Part shown: positions 60,301-64,000 of the stretch, one piece after another | How the letters are laid out: every line of letters starts with the position of its first letter | Numbering within the stretch: the stretch's first letter is position 1 | Position numbers and translations under genes: made by a program | Notes under the pieces: model-generated | What the model was told of the DNA's origin: nothing | Seen by the model: the letters and a program-made list of their open reading frames with translations, nothing else | Database searches by the model: none | From: an uncultured Eubacterium sp. | GTDB lineage: Bacteria; Bacillota; Clostridia; Oscillospirales; Acutalibacteraceae | Length of the DNA: 64,000 nt | Reading direction: 5' to 3' | Assembly: GCA_910577195.1 (NCBI GenBank) | Contig: CAJTLP010000002.1 | Span: 71,211-135,210 of the forward strand

Positions 60301-60903
60301 TCAGTCATTAACTAAAAATTTTGCTTGATTTATTACCGTTTTTATTGCACTGACAGCAACAACAAGACCGATTACAACCGCAACAACGCCGTCAACGGCG
60401 TAATTGATTTTTGTTGTCAGTGAAAAGCCGAGCAATGCGGTGAATGTTACCGCACTGTCAAGAAAGCTGTCAAGTATAAGCGTTTTGAACACCGGCGAAG
60501 ACTGCTTTCTATTTATTAAGATATAAATGATACCCATTAAAATTTTAACAAGAATTGTTACAATCACCAGCAATGCATATTTTTTTGAATACGAAACTGC
60601 CACCGGATACATCAGGCGTTCAGCACCGTTATATGCAAAGCTCAGACCGACAGCGGTCAGTGCTATACCGATTACAAAGGTTGCCAGAGCCTGAACACGC
60701 TGACTCTTCCTTTCGCTGAGCTTTAAAATCACGATAAAGCCTGCAAGTGCAATCATACAAGAAAGCGTATCAGCAAGATTGTTTACTGCATCGCAATAAA
60801 TTGAAAGGGAATTTGAACTGATTGAGATATAGAGCTTTAATAAAAACAAAGCAAAGTTTACCGCAAGTCCGAAAACTGCTGTTTTAATCCCAAGCTTTCC
60901 CAA
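60301..60903 (-). CDS. Cation diffusion facilitator, transmembrane domain only
   Basis: SNSLSIYCDAVNNLAD, DSFLD, VDGVVAVVIG. TTG start 60903 after GAGGGG. Confidence 0.75.
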   Translation of the reverse strand: MGKLGIKTAVFGLAVNFALFLLKLYISISSNSLSIYCDAVNNLADTLSCMIALAGFIVILKLSERKSQRVQALATFVIGIALTAVGLSFAYNGAERLMYPVAVSYSKKYALLVIVTILVKILMGIIYILINRKQSSPVFKTLILDSFLDSAVTFTALLGFSLTTKINYAVDGVVAVVIGLVVAVSAIKTVINQAKFLVND

Positions 60904-61003
60904 TTTCACACCCCTCAATCAAATGGCAGATAACAAAATGATTATACCATACATTAAAATAAATATAAACAAAAAAATTGCACAAAATAAACAGGGTGAT
61001 TTT

Positions 61004-61675
61004 ATGGAATTTGTTTATATAATTATTCTTTCCCTTGTATCATTAACGGTTCTTTTTATTCTGACAAAGCTGATTGGCTTCAGACAGATAAGCGAAATGA
61101 GCTTTTTCGACTATGTTGTCGGAATTTCAATCGGTTCAATCGCTGCGGAAATGGCAACCAATATCGATCTGGAATGGTGGAAGGGCGTAGGTGCAATGGT
61201 GATTTACGGAGCTGTGGGCATACTGCTTTCCTATATTTCTCAGAAAAGCATTAAGGCAAGAAAATTCATATCAGGTCAGCCGATTATCCTTATTGAAAAC
61301 GGTAAAATAATCAAAAAGAATCTGAAAAAAGCGAGAATTGAACTCAATGATCTGCTTACAAGCGCAAGAGGAAACGGCTACTTTAATCTGTCGGACATTG
61401 ATTATGCAATTATGGAAACTACAGGAAAAATCAGTTTTCTGCCTGTACCGTTAAAAAGACAGCTCAATCCTAAGGACTTTAATTTTGCTCCTGAAAAAGA
61501 AGGACTTTGCATCAATGTTATTGTTGACGGACGAATTATGGAAAAGGATTTAAAAAATGCAAAAATAGATAAGGAAGAGCTTGAAAGACAGCTCAGAAAC
61601 AAAGGCAAAAGAGTTGAGGATATACTGCTTGCAACGGTTGATTTAAAAAAACAGTTGACAATCTTTGATAAGTGA
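61004..61675 (+). CDS. DUF421 (YetF) family membrane protein
   Basis: GFRQISEMSFFDYVVGISIGSIAA, GQPIILIENG, IMETTGKIS. Confidence 0.9.
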   Translation: MEFVYIIILSLVSLTVLFILTKLIGFRQISEMSFFDYVVGISIGSIAAEMATNIDLEWWKGVGAMVIYGAVGILLSYISQKSIKARKFISGQPIILIENGKIIKKNLKKARIELNDLLTSARGNGYFNLSDIDYAIMETTGKISFLPVPLKRQLNPKDFNFAPEKEGLCINVIVDGRIMEKDLKNAKIDKEELERQLRNKGKRVEDILLATVDLKKQLTIFDK

Positions 61676-61710
61676 TATATAATGCTCATATGAACAATCA
61701 TTCATATGAG
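61655..61710 (+). promoter_or_regulatory. Promoter and ArsR/SmtB operator
   Basis: TTGACA(61655)-17-TATAAT(61678), then palindrome CTCATATGAA-caatca-TTCATATGAG (61685-61710). Confidence 0.8.
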
Positions 61711-61719
61711 GTACATATT

Positions 61720-62019
61720 ATGGAAACAAACGAATTTATTGATGAAGAAATCGTTTACGACCTGGCTGATTTGTTCAAGGTGTTTTCAGATTCAACACGA
61801 ATACGGATTCTTGTTGCACTGTTTGACGGAGAGCTTTGCGTAGGCGAAATTGCACAGCGGCTGGAAATGAGCCAGACAGCGATATCCCACCAGCTGAGAG
61901 TGCTGAAGCAAAACCATTTAATCAGATACAGGCGTGACGGCAAAAATATGATTTATTCTCTTGCAGACGATCACGTAAAAACAATTATTAATTGTGCTAC
62001 TGAGCACGTGGAGGAATAA
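61720..62019 (+). CDS. ArsR/SmtB-family metal-responsive repressor
   Basis: LFKVFSDSTRIRI, ELCVGEI, SHQLRVL, alpha5 site DDHV...EH. Confidence 0.92.
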   Translation: METNEFIDEEIVYDLADLFKVFSDSTRIRILVALFDGELCVGEIAQRLEMSQTAISHQLRVLKQNHLIRYRRDGKNMIYSLADDHVKTIINCATEHVEE

Positions 62020-62021
62020 CT

Positions 62022-64000
62022 ATGGAAGAAAAACAGAAACACGATCACGGTGAATGCTGTGACTGCAAACACGAACATCATCATAATGAGCACGAGCATC
62101 ATCACGGCGACGGCTGCGGCTGCGGACACGACCATGCTCACGAAGAACTCAATAAAAAAGATTTTATTTTTAAGATAGCCACAGGCGGAATACTGCTTGT
62201 TATCGGCTACATATTAAATGAGCTTACCGAAAAGGGTGTAATAGATATACCAAGCTTTGTATATCTGCTCTGCTTCGGTCTGTCGTACCTTATAGTCGGT
62301 TTTTCAATCATCAAGGAAGCGGTTGAGGGAATCATTCACGGTGATATCTTCAATGAAAACGTTCTTATGGGCATTGCGTCAATCGGCGCATTTGCCGTCG
62401 GCGAATACACTGAGGGCTGTGCGGTAATGTTTCTTTTCACAATCGGTGAATTTTTACAGAGCCTTGCCGTGCAGAGAAGCCGTAAGTCCATTAAGGATAT
62501 GCTGGAGCTTAAACCGCAGGAGGTTACAGTTCTTCGTGACGATGCTGAAACTGTAATGTCACCTGACGATGTTGAAATCGGAGATATTATGATTATCAAA
62601 CCGGGTGAAAAGCTTGACATCGACGGCAAAATCATCGAGGGCTGTGCAGAGCTTGATATGAAAGCGCTCACAGGCGAATCCATTCCGGTATCAAAGTCTG
62701 TAGGCGACGAGGTACTGGCAGGCTCCGTAAACATTGACGGAGCATTAAAGGTTGAGGCAACAAAGAGATACAAGGATTCAACTGTTTCAAAAATACTGGA
62801 TATGCTTGAAGATGCAGAAGACAAAAAGAGCAATGCTGAGCATTTCATCACTCGCTTTGCACGTATTTATACGCCTATCGTCTGTCTCATTGCGTTACTC
62901 ATTATCCTTGTTCCGCCTATTTTCTTCGGCGGTGAATGGAAGGAATGGATTTACAGAGGCTTATCCGCACTTGTCGTTTCCTGCCCTTGTGCTCTTGTCA
63001 TTTCAATTCCGCTGAGCTTTTTCGGCGGCATAGGTGCCTGCTCAAAGGAGGGTATTCTCATAAAGGGCAGCAACTATCTTGAAGCACTTGCAAAGGTTGA
63101 TACAGGCGTATTTGACAAAACAGGCACGATTACCAGCGGTAAATTTGAATATGTAAACTGTGAATGCTACCACTGCCACTGCAGTGACAATCAGCACAGG
63201 GAGCTTTTAAAAATCATTGCTGCCTGTGAAAGATATTCCACACATCCTCTGGCAAAATCAATCAGCCTTGCCTTCAGCCACTATGCAGATGAATGTGACG
63301 TCAGAGATGCTAAAAACTATGCAGGTATGGGCGTATCGGCAGTTGTGGACGGAACAAAGTATTACGTCGGCAATGAAAAGCTGATGCAGAAAATCGGTAT
63401 TGATTTTAAAGAAACGGAATGTATAGGAACAGCCGTTTACTGTGCAAGTGAAACGGAATTCAAGGGCGATATCGTATTCGCCGATATAATCAAGCAGGAC
63501 AGCAAGGATGCACTTGCCCAGCTGCACAAGCAAGGCATTACACACACTGTAATGCTTACCGGCGACAAGGAACCGATTGCAAAGGATATAGCCGCAAAGG
63601 CAGGAATAGATACAGTATATGCAAAGCTTATGCCTGATGAAAAGGTTGCAAAAGTAAAAGAGCTTCAGGAAAAGGGAAGCTCCGTACTGTACACCGGAGA
63701 CGGAATAAATGACGCCCCTGTTCTTGCACAGGCTGATCTCGGTATTGCAATGGGTGCTGTCGGCTCAGATGTAGCAATCGAGGCATCAGATATGGTAATT
63801 ATGAGTGACTCCCTTTCAAAAATTCCGACAGGAAGAAGAATTGCTAAAAAGACCTTAGCAATTGTTAAGGAAAATATCATCTTCTCCCTTGCAGTAAAAA
63901 TTCTCATAATCATTGGCTGTGCAACAGGTATTTTCGATGAAAATGCAATGTGGCTTGCAGTGTTCGGTGATGTGGGTGTTTGCCTGATTGCAATTGCAAA
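62022..64000 (+). CDS. Heavy-metal (Zn/Cd) P1B-type ATPase, truncated by window end
   Basis: My translation from ATG 62022: His/Cys-rich N-terminus (HDHGECCDCKHEHHHNEHEHHHGDGCGCGHDH), LTGES, SCPC, DKTGT, HP, GDGINDAP. No stop before 64000. Confidence 0.92.
   Translation, partial: MEEKQKHDHGECCDCKHEHHHNEHEHHHGDGCGCGHDHAHEELNKKDFIFKIATGGILLVIGYILNELTEKGVIDIPSFVYLLCFGLSYLIVGFSIIKEAVEGIIHGDIFNENVLMGIASIGAFAVGEYTEGCAVMFLFTIGEFLQSLAVQRSRKSIKDMLELKPQEVTVLRDDAETVMSPDDVEIGDIMIIKPGEKLDIDGKIIEGCAELDMKALTGESIPVSKSVGDEVLAGSVNIDGALKVEATKRYKDSTVSKILDMLEDAEDKKSNAEHFITRFARIYTPIVCLIALLIILVPPIFFGGEWKEWIYRGLSALVVSCPCALVISIPLSFFGGIGACSKEGILIKGSNYLEALAKVDTGVFDKTGTITSGKFEYVNCECYHCHCSDNQHRELLKIIAACERYSTHPLAKSISLAFSHYADECDVRDAKNYAGMGVSAVVDGTKYYVGNEKLMQKIGIDFKETECIGTAVYCASETEFKGDIVFADIIKQDSKDALAQLHKQGITHTVMLTGDKEPIAKDIAAKAGIDTVYAKLMPDEKVAKVKELQEKGSSVLYTGDGINDAPVLAQADLGIAMGAVGSDVAIEASDMVIMSDSLSKIPTGRRIAKKTLAIVKENIIFSLAVKILIIIGCATGIFDENAMWLAVFGDVGVCLIAIA

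Noticed and set aside
62336..63913. Short ORFs listed in the track in this interval
   Set aside because: They are shadows of the long plus-strand P-type ATPase frame, which the track omits because it has no stop in the window.

Overview
Chromosomal, gene-dense window from an AT-rich Gram-positive anaerobe. Gene content and SigA-type promoters suggest a Clostridia/Oscillospirales-like gut bacterium (inference). It holds about 55 CDS. Most are housekeeping: nifS-thiI, ilvA-ridA, ilvC, hpt, thrR-hom-lysC, purH, fba, exoA, an HtrA two-component operon and an ArsR-P1B ATPase pair. It also has a split myo-inositol catabolic set (iolGDE and iolJ-iolC), three glycosidases, RNase P RNA, a cobalamin riboswitch and an FMN riboswitch. 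I saw no rRNA, tRNA, CRISPR array, prophage or intact transposase. Best leads: (1) an IspD/TarI-type cytidylyltransferase fused to an APH(6)-like kinase, directly upstream of a GT2-TagF-type polymerase, suggesting a kinase-based route to an unusual CDP-polyol/cyclitol wall polymer; (2) a B12-riboswitch operon encoding what looks like a transcobalamin split into a lipoprotein beta-domain and a sortase-anchored alpha-domain; (3) two families of small non-autonomous repeats: a GTAG-REP-carrying MITE family at 3.7, 46.9 and 55.8 kb, and a TA-bounded structured element at 7.9 and 42.0 kb; (4) a probably inactive class B sortase; (5) a tandem RimK-like ligase pair; (6) a frameshifted 5'-3' exonuclease. 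All calls come from reading motifs by eye; no database searches were run.
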